Under the pieces are notes generated by a model. The model saw only the letters and a list, made by a program, of their open reading frames with translations. It was not told where the DNA came from and ran no database searches. Of a stretch of DNA of 32,000 nucleotides, positions 1-8,756 are shown in pieces. Each line of letters opens with the position of its first letter. Position 1 is the stretch's first letter. A program made the translations under genes and the position numbers. This DNA comes from Kineococcus radiotolerans SRS30216 = ATCC BAA-149 (GTDB taxonomy: Bacteria > Actinomycetota > Actinomycetes > Actinomycetales > Kineococcaceae): NCBI RefSeq assembly GCF_000017305.1, contig NC_009806.1, positions 150,573-182,572 on the forward strand, written 5' to 3'.

Positions 1-324
1 CTCCAGCGACACACGAAGGTGCCGTTCGGCCCGTTCATGCTTGTGGGCGCGTGGACCGCGGTGGGGCTGCACGCCGTGGCATTTCTGTCGGCGTCGGGAG
101 TGAGCTCGAGCTTCTCGCGCGCCACCGGCGTGATCGAGACCCTTTCCGCCTGGGCAGGCCCTGCTCTGCTGCTGACCGCACTCGCTGTGGCGGTGTGGAC
201 GACAAGGGAGGTGGCTCAGCGTGCCGGGGGCCTAGGCCCGGTGGTGTACCCGCAGCCGATGACGGCGACCGCGCCCGGCGTCGTGGTCAGAGAGGACGGT
301 TGGCCGTGGCGCTCCTCTCGATGA
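1..324 (+). CDS. C-terminal fragment of a prepilin (A24-type) peptidase-like membrane protein; 5' end lies outside the window
   Basis: The frame is open from base 1. VPFGPFMLVGAWTAVGL resembles the conserved PFGPF C-terminal motif of prepilin/Flp peptidases and is followed by hydrophobic segments. Stop at 322-324. Confidence 0.4.
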   Translation, partial: LQRHTKVPFGPFMLVGAWTAVGLHAVAFLSASGVSSSFSRATGVIETLSAWAGPALLLTALAVAVWTTREVAQRAGGLGPVVYPQPMTATAPGVVVREDGWPWRSSR

Positions 325-388
325 CTTCGGGCTGGCTCCTCGAGCAGGCACCTGCACGCGATGTAGCCGCTACCCCGGCGACCCCAAC

Positions 389-492
389 GGCTCGCACGCA
401 GGCTCGCACGCAGGCTCGCACGCAGGCTCGCACGCAGGCTCGCACGCAGGCTCGCACGCAGGCTCGCACGCAGGCTCGCACGCAGGCTCGCG
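389..492. repeat. Perfect 12-bp tandem repeat GGCTCGCACGCA, 8 full copies plus a partial copy
   Basis: Units counted directly at 389-400, 401-412 ... 473-484, then a degenerate unit. It generates the artefactual ARTQ, ACEP and LRAS repeat ORFs in all frames. Confidence 0.95.
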
Positions 493-872
493 ACGGCGCG
501 ATGCTGGAGCCCTTGAGGGAGTGGCGGCCGCACCACCACCTGGGCGCTGTCTCGGCCGAACCGCGGGCGAAGTGGTTGACTGTGTCCTCAACGCGACGTC
601 ACGCCCGCCGACCAGGCCAGCGACAGGTCAGGCGCGAAATCTTCTGCTGCGTCCTGTCACATGGGCGCTTGTGCAGGCACCTACCTGGACGTGAAGACCT
701 ACAGCCTCCGCCCTCCAGCTTCACCGCGCCCTGGATCCTCGCCGCGCCGGCGCCTCCAGCGTCATCCGTCTCGAGTCGGCGACTCGACCTCGGCCACGGA
801 CATGATCGCGGTTCTCCGCGTGTCGCGGCGAGTCTGCCTGATACAGCATCAAGACTGCGGTAGGACTAGCGC

Positions 873-1109
873 ATGCCTGAACGCAGGAAGCCAGGAACGC
901 CGTCACGCGGGGATCGCAAGCCGATCATCACTCGCGTGCCCACGGACCAGGCCGCTCACTACGAGCAGTGCGCAGCGGCTCTGGGGCTACCGCTCTCGGA
1001 CTACATCGCGCTCTGTCTCGCTGAGCGGCACGGCAAGCCCGTGCCCTCCTACATCAAGGTGCGCAAGCCCGACGAGTCTCACCAAGAGGAGCTGCGCATC
1101 AGCGCCTGA
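873..1109 (+). CDS. Small ribbon-helix-helix (MobC/CopG-like) DNA-binding protein
   Basis: 78 aa. KPIITRVPTDQAAHYEQCAAALGLPLSDYIALCLAERHG fits the beta-strand/helix/helix pattern of RHH relaxosome or repressor proteins (xxxRVxxxxxxxLxxxAxxxGxSxSxYI). Confidence 0.5.
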   Translation: MPERRKPGTPSRGDRKPIITRVPTDQAAHYEQCAAALGLPLSDYIALCLAERHGKPVPSYIKVRKPDESHQEELRISA

Positions 1110-1427
1110 CTCCGACGCGGCCGGTCTCTCCACGGCCTGCACGCCACCATCCAGAATCGACGACGGCGGCTTCGCCGATCGGGAGTTCGCCGCTCCCGTG
1201 CTGACCGACTCCGCCGCCGTCGTGCTCCACCCTGCTGAAAGTCGAAATGGAGCACTCATGAGCGTAGACGCTCAAGCGCGTCCTTGTGCACCCCAGGACG
1301 CTCAACACGCCCATCTGACGGTCGGCCACCCGACCGCCGGCGCATCACCTGTCACTTCCGTCTCACGCCCCGTGCACATGGCCTGTGCACTCCGGCGAGC
1401 TCGCCCGGTGAAGTGCGAGGTCGCGTC

Positions 1428-2606
1428 GTGAGCATCGAAGCCACCCTGTGGGCCTTGAACCTGGCACCCGTTCCGATCGACGTCAGCAAGACGAAGCAGT
1501 CCCCGTCGAGCTCGTGCGGCTTCGTGCTGGTGGCGCTGGCCAACCACGCCGACCCGGAAGGTCTGAACGCCTTCCCCTCCGTGGAGACGATCTGCCGCTA
1601 CACCCGCCTGTCGGAGCGCACCGTTCGCAGCTGCCTTGACCGGCTCGAGGCCGAAGGCATCATCCGTCCCTGCGACCCCGCCATCGTCGCCGCGAAGATC
1701 AAGCGGGGTGACAGACGACCCAATGGGTACGACCTGATGGTCGACCGCTTCCGGGAGGACCTGTCGGACGAAGAGCTGGTCAACATCGCCAGGAGCAACA
1801 CTCTGCTGCGTCCGTTCATCGCCAGCTACCGCCCTGACCTGGGCATTTACCCACGGGGTGCAACGGCTGCACCCCGTGAGACGCCAGCGCCACGGGGTGC
1901 AATGGCTGCACCCCGTGCGATGACGCCGAAGACACGGGGTGCAATGGCTGCACCCCGTGAGGAGGCGCTTCAAGCCGACGGGGTGCAAGTGTTTCCGTCA
2001 CGGGGTGCAGCCATTGCACCCGAACCGTCCTTGAACCCCCCTACTGAAGACAGCTACGTAACGTCCACGTCGGAACGTGGCGGGGCTGTGGATAACTCAA
2101 GCGGACAGCGCATCGGTGATGACCCGGCACACCCTCCAGCGACAGCTGCTCTCGAGGGCAGCTCGCCGGCCGCCGGTGACGTGGTCTTCGTCGCGATCGA
2201 CGAGGACGAGGTCGAACGCACGTTGCTGCACCTGCCAGACCGCCTCCGCCCAACCCTGGCCGAGGCAATGCGTCTGCGGCAGCTCATCGTCCAGCGGATG
2301 CAGCGCGGCTGGACCAGGGAAGCGATCCTGGCGGCGGTCGAAAGACGCCTTCGCCCAGGGGGGACGTTGAACAACCCCTGCGGCTTGTTCGCCAGGATCC
2401 TGGTGCCGCTGGACGAGCCACCATCGCAGCAGACTGCTCCGGAGGCCGTCTCGGTTGCGGTCGAGGAGGACCCCTGGTGCGGGGAGTGCGACAAGACCAG
2501 CCGGCGCGTCCTGGACGACCAAGGCTTCCCCGACTACACGCTGCCCCCGTGCACTGACTGTGCCCAGCTGAGCTTCGCCCACCACATGGAGCGAGGTGCA
2601 TCGTGA
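1428..2606 (+). CDS. Helix-turn-helix replication-initiator-like protein of an integrated or plasmid-like element
   Basis: GTG at 1428 with GAGG upstream. The N-terminal winged HTH (FVLVALANHADPEGLNAFPSVETICRYTRLSERTVRSCLDRLEAEGII) resembles HTH_36/Rep-type domains. The C-terminal PWCGECD...PPCTDC Cys cluster is recalled from actinobacterial element proteins. The part of ORF 1284-2606 upstream of 1428 looks non-coding. Confidence 0.6.
   Translation: MSIEATLWALNLAPVPIDVSKTKQSPSSSCGFVLVALANHADPEGLNAFPSVETICRYTRLSERTVRSCLDRLEAEGIIRPCDPAIVAAKIKRGDRRPNGYDLMVDRFREDLSDEELVNIARSNTLLRPFIASYRPDLGIYPRGATAAPRETPAPRGAMAAPRAMTPKTRGAMAAPREEALQADGVQVFPSRGAAIAPEPSLNPPTEDSYVTSTSERGGAVDNSSGQRIGDDPAHPPATAALEGSSPAAGDVVFVAIDEDEVERTLLHLPDRLRPTLAEAMRLRQLIVQRMQRGWTREAILAAVERRLRPGGTLNNPCGLFARILVPLDEPPSQQTAPEAVSVAVEEDPWCGECDKTSRRVLDDQGFPDYTLPPCTDCAQLSFAHHMERGAS
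1852..2022. repeat. Array of 27-bp perfect palindromes CACGGGGTGCA-N5-TGCACCCCGTG inside the rep-like CDS
   Basis: Copies at 1852-1878, 1891-1917 and 1933-1959, a half-site at 1978-1988 and a degenerate copy at 1999-2022. Arms are 11 bp and the spacer is 5 nt. Confidence 0.9.
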
Positions 2607-3850
2607 CCCTCGACGCCAACCGTCTCGAACCGGTCGACTCCCTTCAACCCGGGGGCGCGGCTGAGGAAGTCCGCGACATCGTGCTGCTGGGATCGACTGG
2701 ATCCGTTGGCACGCAGGCCGTCGACGTCGTAGCGCGCAACCGCGACCGCTTCCGGGTCGTCGGCCTCGCCGCCGGCGGCCGCCGCCTGCAGATCCTGGCC
2801 GAGCAGACCCTGGACCTGCAGCCCGCGGTGGTCGCCGTGGCCCGCGGCGGGGCTGAGGAGGACTTCCGCGCCGCCCTCCAGCAGGCCGCAGATGCCCGGG
2901 GTCTGCGCGCGGGCCAGTGGCCCGCTCCCGAGGTCCTGACCGGTGCGGCGGGGGTCGAGCAGGTCGCGGCGTGGCCGGCGCACACCGTGCTGAACGCCGT
3001 TGACGGCGCCCTGGGTCTGGCCTCCACGATGGGCGTCCTGCGCGCTGGCAGCGTCTTGGCCCTGGCCAACAAGGAGTCCCTGATCGTGGGGGGCCGCTTC
3101 GTCACCGAGGCTGCCGCTCCGGGGCAGATCGTGCCGGTCGACTCCGAGCACTCCGCGATCGCCCAGGCGCTGCGTTCTGGGACCCGCGCCGAGGTCGCTC
3201 AGCTGGTCATCACCGCCACTGGCGGTCCCTTCCGCGGCCGCACCCGCGCGCAGCTGGCCGACGTCAGCGTGGCGCAGGCCATGGCGCACCCGACGTGGTC
3301 GATGGGTCAGGTCATCACCATCAACTCCTCCACCCTGATCAACAAGGGCCTGGAGGTCATCGAAGCCCACCACCTCTTCGCCCTGGACTTCGACCAGATC
3401 GCCGTGGTGGGGCATCCGCAGTCCCGCATCCACTCGATGGTCGAGTTCGTCGACGGCTCCACCATCGCCCAGGTCAGCCCCCCGGACATGCGCCTGGCCA
3501 TCTCCCTGGGCTTGGGCTGGCCCGAGCGGGTCCCCGCCGCGGCGCAGACCTTCGACTGGACCCAGCCCGAGACGTGGGACCTCTTCCCGCTGGATCACGA
3601 GACCTTCCCCGCGGTGCAGCTGGCCTACCAGGTGGGCCGGGCCGGGGGCAGTGCGCCGGCGGTCTACAACGCGGCCAACGAGGTCTGTGTGCGGGCCTTC
3701 ATCGATCGGCGTCTGCCGTGGCTGGGCATCGTCGACACCGTCGCGCGGGTGGTCGCTGACCTTGGCGACCCGGCCGTGGCCAACCTCGACGACGTCTTGG
3801 CCGCTGATGCGTGGGCGCGGCGACGCTCTAATGAATTCGTGGAGGTATGA
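2603..3850 (+). CDS. dxr: 1-deoxy-D-xylulose 5-phosphate reductoisomerase
   Basis: LLGSTGSVGTQAVDV (NADPH site), LANKESLI, PVDSEHSAI, TATGGPFRG and HPTWSMGQVITINSSTLINKGLEVIEAHHLF are all canonical Dxr motifs. The GTG start overlaps the preceding stop (GTGA); the exact start is uncertain. Confidence 0.9.
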   Translation: MTLDANRLEPVDSLQPGGAAEEVRDIVLLGSTGSVGTQAVDVVARNRDRFRVVGLAAGGRRLQILAEQTLDLQPAVVAVARGGAEEDFRAALQQAADARGLRAGQWPAPEVLTGAAGVEQVAAWPAHTVLNAVDGALGLASTMGVLRAGSVLALANKESLIVGGRFVTEAAAPGQIVPVDSEHSAIAQALRSGTRAEVAQLVITATGGPFRGRTRAQLADVSVAQAMAHPTWSMGQVITINSSTLINKGLEVIEAHHLFALDFDQIAVVGHPQSRIHSMVEFVDGSTIAQVSPPDMRLAISLGLGWPERVPAAAQTFDWTQPETWDLFPLDHETFPAVQLAYQVGRAGGSAPAVYNAANEVCVRAFIDRRLPWLGIVDTVARVVADLGDPAVANLDDVLAADAWARRRSNEFVEV

Positions 3851-3982
3851 CCGGCAGGTCGGACTTATCGTCAACGAAGTGAGTGACTACCCCGCTGTGC
3901 CTCAGGCGTCCTGGAAAGCATGAACGCACCCACCGCACCCATCTGAGTGATCACGTCTTAGGTTCAATGCAGCGCCATTCCG

Positions 3983-4561
3983 ATGCAGCAGGGCATGACC
4001 CCACTCGCCCGCCGCCTAACTGCCGCGCTTGTGACCGCTGCTGGCATAGGTGCAGTGATGCTGTCGCCAGCTAACGCTGCCGCACCAGATCCTCGATGGG
4101 AGACAGCGCGTCTCATCAACGTCGACCGCGCAGCCCACGGCCTGGCGTCGCTGCAGCGCGAGGCGCACGTGGACGCGCTAGCCCAGGAGTGGGCTCAGCA
4201 CATCATCGAGACCGACGACTACAACCACCGGACCAACCTTAACGACGACATCATCCCGGGCATGTGGATGGGCGGAGAGACGCTGGCCATGTTCTGGGTA
4301 CCCAGTGGTGAGCCCATCAGCCCTTCCAGGACCGTCCAGGCGTGGATCGACAGCGAGCGCCATCATCATGTCCTGCTCCACGACCAGGCCACCTTCATCG
4401 GAGTCGGGGTGAGCTGCTCCTGGGAGTGGTGCGTCTACGTGGCCAACGTCTCTAGGGTCAACCCCTACTGGAAGGGCGCTCCGTTGACGGTCCAGATTGT
4501 GCCCGACCCCACCATGAAGCCCGTGGTCGTCCAGCGCGGTGCCCGGAAGGTCCGTCACTGA
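3983..4561 (+). CDS. Secreted CAP/SCP (PR-1-like) domain protein
   Basis: N-terminal signal peptide (LTAALVTAAGIGAVMLSPANA-AAP). The body resembles bacterial CAP-domain proteins (INVDRAAHGL..L.....L...A..W........H). Confidence 0.55.
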   Translation: MQQGMTPLARRLTAALVTAAGIGAVMLSPANAAAPDPRWETARLINVDRAAHGLASLQREAHVDALAQEWAQHIIETDDYNHRTNLNDDIIPGMWMGGETLAMFWVPSGEPISPSRTVQAWIDSERHHHVLLHDQATFIGVGVSCSWEWCVYVANVSRVNPYWKGAPLTVQIVPDPTMKPVVVQRGARKVRH

Positions 4562-4604
4562 GAGCTTCCTGCGGACTGTCCGGGGCTGGTGACAGACTCA
4601 GATC

Positions 4605-5453
4605 ATGAGCACAGAGCCCGCTGAGTCCGCAGAGCCCTCCTGGGAGGAGCAGCTCACTGACCCGGTCGGCTACGGCCTGTCGGAGACAGAGGCTCAGCAG
4701 ATCCGCAACGAGATCATGATCGGCAAGACCGCGATGCTCCTGCAGAGGCGCGGTCAAGACCAGGCAGCGGCTCTGATGCTCGACGTGCAGGGCATCGATT
4801 ACTACTCCTACTTCCTCGACGGGCGAGACCCCTGGGACGACAAGGCCCATGTGACGGTGGCTCAGATCGATGTCGAGACCTACCTCCTGCCGAAGTTCAG
4901 CGAGGATCTGCAAGAGCAGATCCGTGAGGCCATGCACGTCGTGGCTACGCGGGAGCACCGGTCCGTGAATGCCCTGGAGCTGCGCGAGGTCCTTCCGGAG
5001 GTCGGTGAGGACTGGCGCCAGCAGCTCTCCCGTGAGCTGGCCACGGAGCGGCCCACCAACCAGGCGCGCAAGGTGCGTCTTGAGTCTGGTGCTATCCAGC
5101 GGGACGGGCTCTTCTTGACCAACCTCTGGGAGCAGCGCATCTATACGACGTTGCTGCAGGTGCAGGCGGAGATGCCAGACACCGAGACCATCAACATCGC
5201 GCCCCTGGTGGGGATGCGGGTCAAGGGCCACACCTACGAGCCGGACGTCTTGATCACCTACAAGGGCTTCGCCGGGGTCATCGAGGTGGATGGTCCTCAC
5301 CACTCCGGCAGGCGCGCTGCTGACGGCTCCCGAGACCGCCTGCTCAAGAAGGGCGGCATTAAAGTCCTTGAGCGCATCACGGTGGAGGACCTGGAGACGC
5401 GGGAGTCCGCCAGGAAGTTCGTGGACGATTTCCTGGCACAGCTCGGCCGGTGA
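4605..5453 (+). CDS. Hypothetical protein with a C-terminal PD-(D/E)XK (DUF559/Vsr-like) nuclease-fold domain
   Basis: YEPDVLITYKGFAGVIEVDGPHHSGRRAADGSRDRLLKKGGIKVLERI matches the D...E-x-D-G...H...D..R...L...G..V.R pattern of DUF559-type endonuclease domains. Confidence 0.5.
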   Translation: MSTEPAESAEPSWEEQLTDPVGYGLSETEAQQIRNEIMIGKTAMLLQRRGQDQAAALMLDVQGIDYYSYFLDGRDPWDDKAHVTVAQIDVETYLLPKFSEDLQEQIREAMHVVATREHRSVNALELREVLPEVGEDWRQQLSRELATERPTNQARKVRLESGAIQRDGLFLTNLWEQRIYTTLLQVQAEMPDTETINIAPLVGMRVKGHTYEPDVLITYKGFAGVIEVDGPHHSGRRAADGSRDRLLKKGGIKVLERITVEDLETRESARKFVDDFLAQLGR

Positions 5454-5473
5454 ACGCAGAAAACACCCCACCC

Positions 5474-5507
5474 AACCCGTGAGGGTCGAGTGGGGTGCTT
5501 TCATCTG
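5474..5507. terminator. Bidirectional stem-loop between convergent genes
   Basis: CACCCCAC (5474-5481) pairs with GTGGGGTG (5500-5507), with inner ACCC/GGGT pairing, followed by CTTTCATCT. Confidence 0.5.
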
Positions 5508-5518
5508 AAAGACGATCT

Positions 5519-6502
5519 CTAGCGCCCTGCGCCAGTAAGCGTAGGAGTAGCTCCGCCTTCAAGGGTCAGGGTGGTGGATCGATACTGGACGTCGGAACTG
5601 GTGAGCTGCATGAACGCTTCCTCTAGTGAAGCGCGCACCGGACTCAGCTGGTGCACGCGAAGCCTCGCCTCGACCGCGGCCTCCCCGATGAGCTCAGCTG
5701 AGAGCCCTTCCACGTGAAAACGCCCGTCGGCGTCCTCGGTGATGTCCACCTGCTCTCCTCGAGCGGACGCCTCACCGGCCAGCCTGCGCAGCAGAGCGGC
5801 CAGGTGTTCCACGTCCGGGGAGTAGACCGTCAGCCCCACGGTCTCGACCCGGGCAAGGAAGGCATCCAGGGATTCGTCAGCGATGAGACGCCCGCGGCCG
5901 ATGACGATGAGGTGATCAGCGGTCTGGGCCATCTCGCTGAGCAGGTGAGAGGAGACGAAGACGGTGCGTCCCTGGGCGGCCAAGGTGCGCATGAGGTGCC
6001 GCATCCAGCGCACGCCTTCAGGGTCCAAGCCGTTGAGGGGCTCATCGAGCATCACCGTCGATGGGTTGCCCAGCAGTGCGGTGGCCAAGCCCACCCGCTG
6101 GCCCATCCCCAGCGACAGGCCACGGATGCGGGTGTCGGCGGACTCGGCTAGGCCCACCAGGTGCAGCACGTCGTCGACCTGGTGTGGGGGGATGCCGCAC
6201 GTGGCGGCCAGTGCCTGCAGGTGTCGGCGCACGCTGCGGCCGGGGTGCACGGCCTTCGCCTCCAGGAGGACCCCCAGGGTGGACATGGGCGCCGCGTGCT
6301 CAGCGAAGGGGCGTCCGTCCACCAGGACACGTCCCGACGTCGGCCGCTCCAGACCGGCGATGGCCCGCATGGTCGTCGTCTTCCCGGCCCCGTTTGGCCC
6401 CAGGAAGCCGGTCACTTGACCCGGACGGGCTACGAACGAGACCCCGTCGACGGCCACCTTGCCGCCGCGGTAGGTCTTGCGCAGGTCCTGCACCTCGAGC
6501 AC
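5519..6502 (-). CDS. ABC transporter ATP-binding protein (ABC-2/DrrA-like) with a C-terminal extension
   Basis: Walker A GPNGAGKTT, signature LSLGMGQR, Walker B VMLDEPLNGLD, H-loop SSH. GTG start at 6502. Confidence 0.85.
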   Translation of the reverse strand: MLEVQDLRKTYRGGKVAVDGVSFVARPGQVTGFLGPNGAGKTTTMRAIAGLERPTSGRVLVDGRPFAEHAAPMSTLGVLLEAKAVHPGRSVRRHLQALAATCGIPPHQVDDVLHLVGLAESADTRIRGLSLGMGQRVGLATALLGNPSTVMLDEPLNGLDPEGVRWMRHLMRTLAAQGRTVFVSSHLLSEMAQTADHLIVIGRGRLIADESLDAFLARVETVGLTVYSPDVEHLAALLRRLAGEASARGEQVDITEDADGRFHVEGLSAELIGEAAVEARLRVHQLSPVRASLEEAFMQLTSSDVQYRSTTLTLEGGATPTLTGAGR

Positions 6503-6622
6503 GTTGCGGTCCCCTCTCGTTGCCCTCTCCGCGACGTCACCCTGTCCTGTCCTGAGCCGGGGGACAAGCCGCGCACGACGGGGGTAGTCGATCGCGCCGG
6601 AGGACCGGTGAGCTGGCCCGGC

Positions 6623-7234
6623 TCAGCCGGCGGCGATCTCCTGGAGGACCTCGGCCAACGAGCGGCAGTCACCGACCGCGCGGTGCCGGGCTCCAGGCAG
6701 ACGCGACGCGCGAAGGTGCCGGCCTCGGCTGTCCACGCGTCCTCGAAAGCGGGTGTAACAGTGCATGCCGCATCCCCACCGCGTGGAGCTCAACAGGTCC
6801 ACGCCGATGCGCTCGCCCTCGCGGCGCAGCAGCCCCCGGTCGAAGCGTGCGTTGTAGGCGATGACGTGGCGTCCTGCGAGCGCTGCGCGCAGCTGCGGGG
6901 CCACCATGAGCAGGTCGGGTGCGTCCTGCAGCTCCTCGTCGCCGATGCCGTGCACGGCGCGCGCGCCCGGGTCTACCGGTGTCGTGGGGCGCACCAGGGA
7001 GCTGAACAGCGGCGCGCCGTGAACGTCGGTGATCGCGATCTCCACGAGCTGGCCGTCGAGGGCGGTGGACTCGGTGTCCAGCAGGACCGAGGACTCATCG
7101 GCCAGCCACCGCTGGGCTTGGCGGACGGCCTGGCGTCGGTGGGTGGCCGGCGCCAGGCCGCCCAAGGGGACTCGTGCTGGGTGTGCGGTGCGGACGGGCT
7201 GCAGAGTGGTGCATCGCAGTACCTCTGACGTCAC
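6623..7234 (-). CDS. DEDDh 3'-5' exonuclease (DnaQ/epsilon-like)
   Basis: ExoI LLDTESTAL, ExoII AYNARFD and ExoIII HRAVGDC are present. The GTG start overlaps the upstream stop (GTGA at 7231-7234). Confidence 0.75.
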   Translation of the reverse strand: MTSEVLRCTTLQPVRTAHPARVPLGGLAPATHRRQAVRQAQRWLADESSVLLDTESTALDGQLVEIAITDVHGAPLFSSLVRPTTPVDPGARAVHGIGDEELQDAPDLLMVAPQLRAALAGRHVIAYNARFDRGLLRREGERIGVDLLSSTRWGCGMHCYTRFRGRVDSRGRHLRASRLPGARHRAVGDCRSLAEVLQEIAAG

Positions 7235-7917
7235 GACTCCTCCTTCGGCGCGTACAGCGGCCGGTTGCCGTGGCGGGGCCGGTGGCTGCGGAAGTCAGGG
7301 TTGAGCAGCTGCCACACCCGCTGCTCCGAGATGCCGGCGGCCTGGGCCAGCATCGGCTGCGTGATGCCCTGCGGGTTGAGCACCGACGCGCTGTAGAGCG
7401 AGCGCACGAGCTCGTCGCGCACCTCGCGGACCGCCGAGGCCCACTCCTCGGCCTGCACGTGGGCATGCGCCAGCTGCGGCAGCGTCTCGAGGGCGTCGGG
7501 CACCTCCACGATGCCGAGCTCACGTGCGCGCTCGGCGACCTGGGCGGGGGAGGCGGTGCGCAGGAACGGGCTGGTCTGGCTCTTCAGTGCGCGCCGGCGC
7601 AGCTGCAGCCAGCTCTGGTCGTTGGCGGCCAGGACCTTGTGCAGCCCCTGGGCGCCGGCGTAGAAGGACGCCGACAGGGCCGCGTCGTAGGCGGCCTGAC
7701 GGGCGGTCTTCGCCTCGGCGGTGGCCTGGGTCGCGGCGTGCCCCACCCGCTCCAGGCGTGCCAGGCCCTCGAGACCGGCGAGGTCCTGCAGGAACGCCTG
7801 CAGGCGCTGACGAGCCTGCTCCCGCAGCTGGTTGCGGTCGGTGGGGGGAAGGGTGGGGTCGGCCATGAGGAAGCTCCGGGGCAGGGTGGGAGGTGGTCGT
7901 TCGAGGAGGGTGAACAT
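7231..7917 (-). CDS. Hypothetical protein with a C-terminal helix-turn-helix
   Basis: The C-terminal GITQPMLAQAAGISEQRVWQLLN is HTH-like. It is the first gene downstream of module copy A. An alternative start lies at 7866. Confidence 0.5.
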   Translation of the reverse strand: MFTLLERPPPTLPRSFLMADPTLPPTDRNQLREQARQRLQAFLQDLAGLEGLARLERVGHAATQATAEAKTARQAAYDAALSASFYAGAQGLHKVLAANDQSWLQLRRRALKSQTSPFLRTASPAQVAERARELGIVEVPDALETLPQLAHAHVQAEEWASAVREVRDELVRSLYSASVLNPQGITQPMLAQAAGISEQRVWQLLNPDFRSHRPRHGNRPLYAPKEES

Positions 7918-7955
7918 GAGGGTCTTCCGTTCTGGTTGAAGGTGTGCGTGTCGTT

Positions 7956-7996
7956 GTCGCTGCGCACGACACGCCCCGAAAACCTAGCACACTAGG
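7956..7996 (-). promoter_or_regulatory. Conserved promoter/leader module, copy A (degenerate)
   Basis: Minus strand reads CCTAGTGTGCTAGGTTTT...GCAGCGAC. The core is palindromic here (CCTAG-N4-CTAGG). Confidence 0.4.
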
Positions 7997-8079
7997 AGTT
8001 GGTGCAGGCGGGAGCGTGGCGTCGCCGTGGGGCCGGTTGACCCCTGATGGTGGTGCGGTGAACGGGTGGTCGGTGATCT

Positions 8080-8430
8080 TCAGATCTCGTTGCGTCGGGA
8101 GAAGGTGGCGCAGGCGACGAGCTGGGAGGACTCGCTGCCGGGGATGAAGCGGATGTCGTAGAAGCAGCCGCTGAGCTCGTCTAGCGCGGTCAGGGGAGGG
8201 GCTCCGCAGGACCTGGTGACCAAGTCGGTCATGTCCTTGGCGTTGACCCGCAGCTTCACGAACGGGGTCCTTGGTGTCAGTGCTTCACCTACGGGACACA
8301 GGTAGGCCAGGAAGAAGGAGCCTGGCTCCGAGGCCAGGCCCGTGCGCGCAGCCGCCCCGCCAGCGGATGTCGAGGTGCTCGCGGGCGGGTTAGCGCGCTC
8401 GCCGCGGCCGCGGCGGTCGAAGAGGCTCAT
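8080..8430 (-). CDS. Hypothetical protein, translationally coupled to the WhiB gene
   Basis: ATG at 8430 overlaps the WhiB stop (ATGA). Only the last 116 aa of track ORF 8080-8787 look coding. Confidence 0.5.
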   Translation of the reverse strand: MSLFDRRGRGERANPPASTSTSAGGAAARTGLASEPGSFFLAYLCPVGEALTPRTPFVKLRVNAKDMTDLVTRSCGAPPLTALDELSGCFYDIRFIPGSESSQLVACATFSRRNEI

Positions 8431-8717
8431 CGTGTGCCCTCCCGCCGGTCCTTCTTCAGGCGCCGGCGCTCGCGCTCGGACAGCCCGCCCCAGATGCCGA
8501 AGCGCTCGTCGTGGGCCAGGGCGTACTCGAGGCACTGCTGGCGCACGTCGCAGGACTGGCACACCGCGCGCGCCGTCTTCGATGGTCCGCCCTTCTCGGG
8601 GAAGAAGACTTCGGGGTCGGTCTGGGCGCACAGTCCTGCCTCGCGCCAGGACGACGACGTGCCGTCGTCCGGCTCGGGGGTGGGGGTCTCGAAGCGGTGA
8701 AGTGTGTCGAGGGTCAT
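8427..8717 (-). CDS. whiB: WhiB-family (Wbl) iron-sulfur transcriptional regulator
   Basis: Four Cys in C-Xn-C-X2-C-X5-C (LCAQTD...AVCQSCDVRQQC), a GIWGG turn and a basic tail. ATG at 8717 with AGGAGGA 7 nt upstream. Confidence 0.85.
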   Translation of the reverse strand: MTLDTLHRFETPTPEPDDGTSSSWREAGLCAQTDPEVFFPEKGGPSKTARAVCQSCDVRQQCLEYALAHDERFGIWGGLSERERRRLKKDRREGTR

Positions 8718-8756
8718 GACGTTGTCCTCCTGCTGGTTGGGTGGTGGCCGGTTCCG

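Noticed and set aside
51-863. ORFs crossing the 12-bp tandem repeat (270 aa with ARTQ repeats, plus ACEP and LRAS repeat ORFs on the other strand)
   Set aside because: All frames and both strands stay open only because the repeat lacks stop codons. The flanking translations are Arg/Pro-rich noise.
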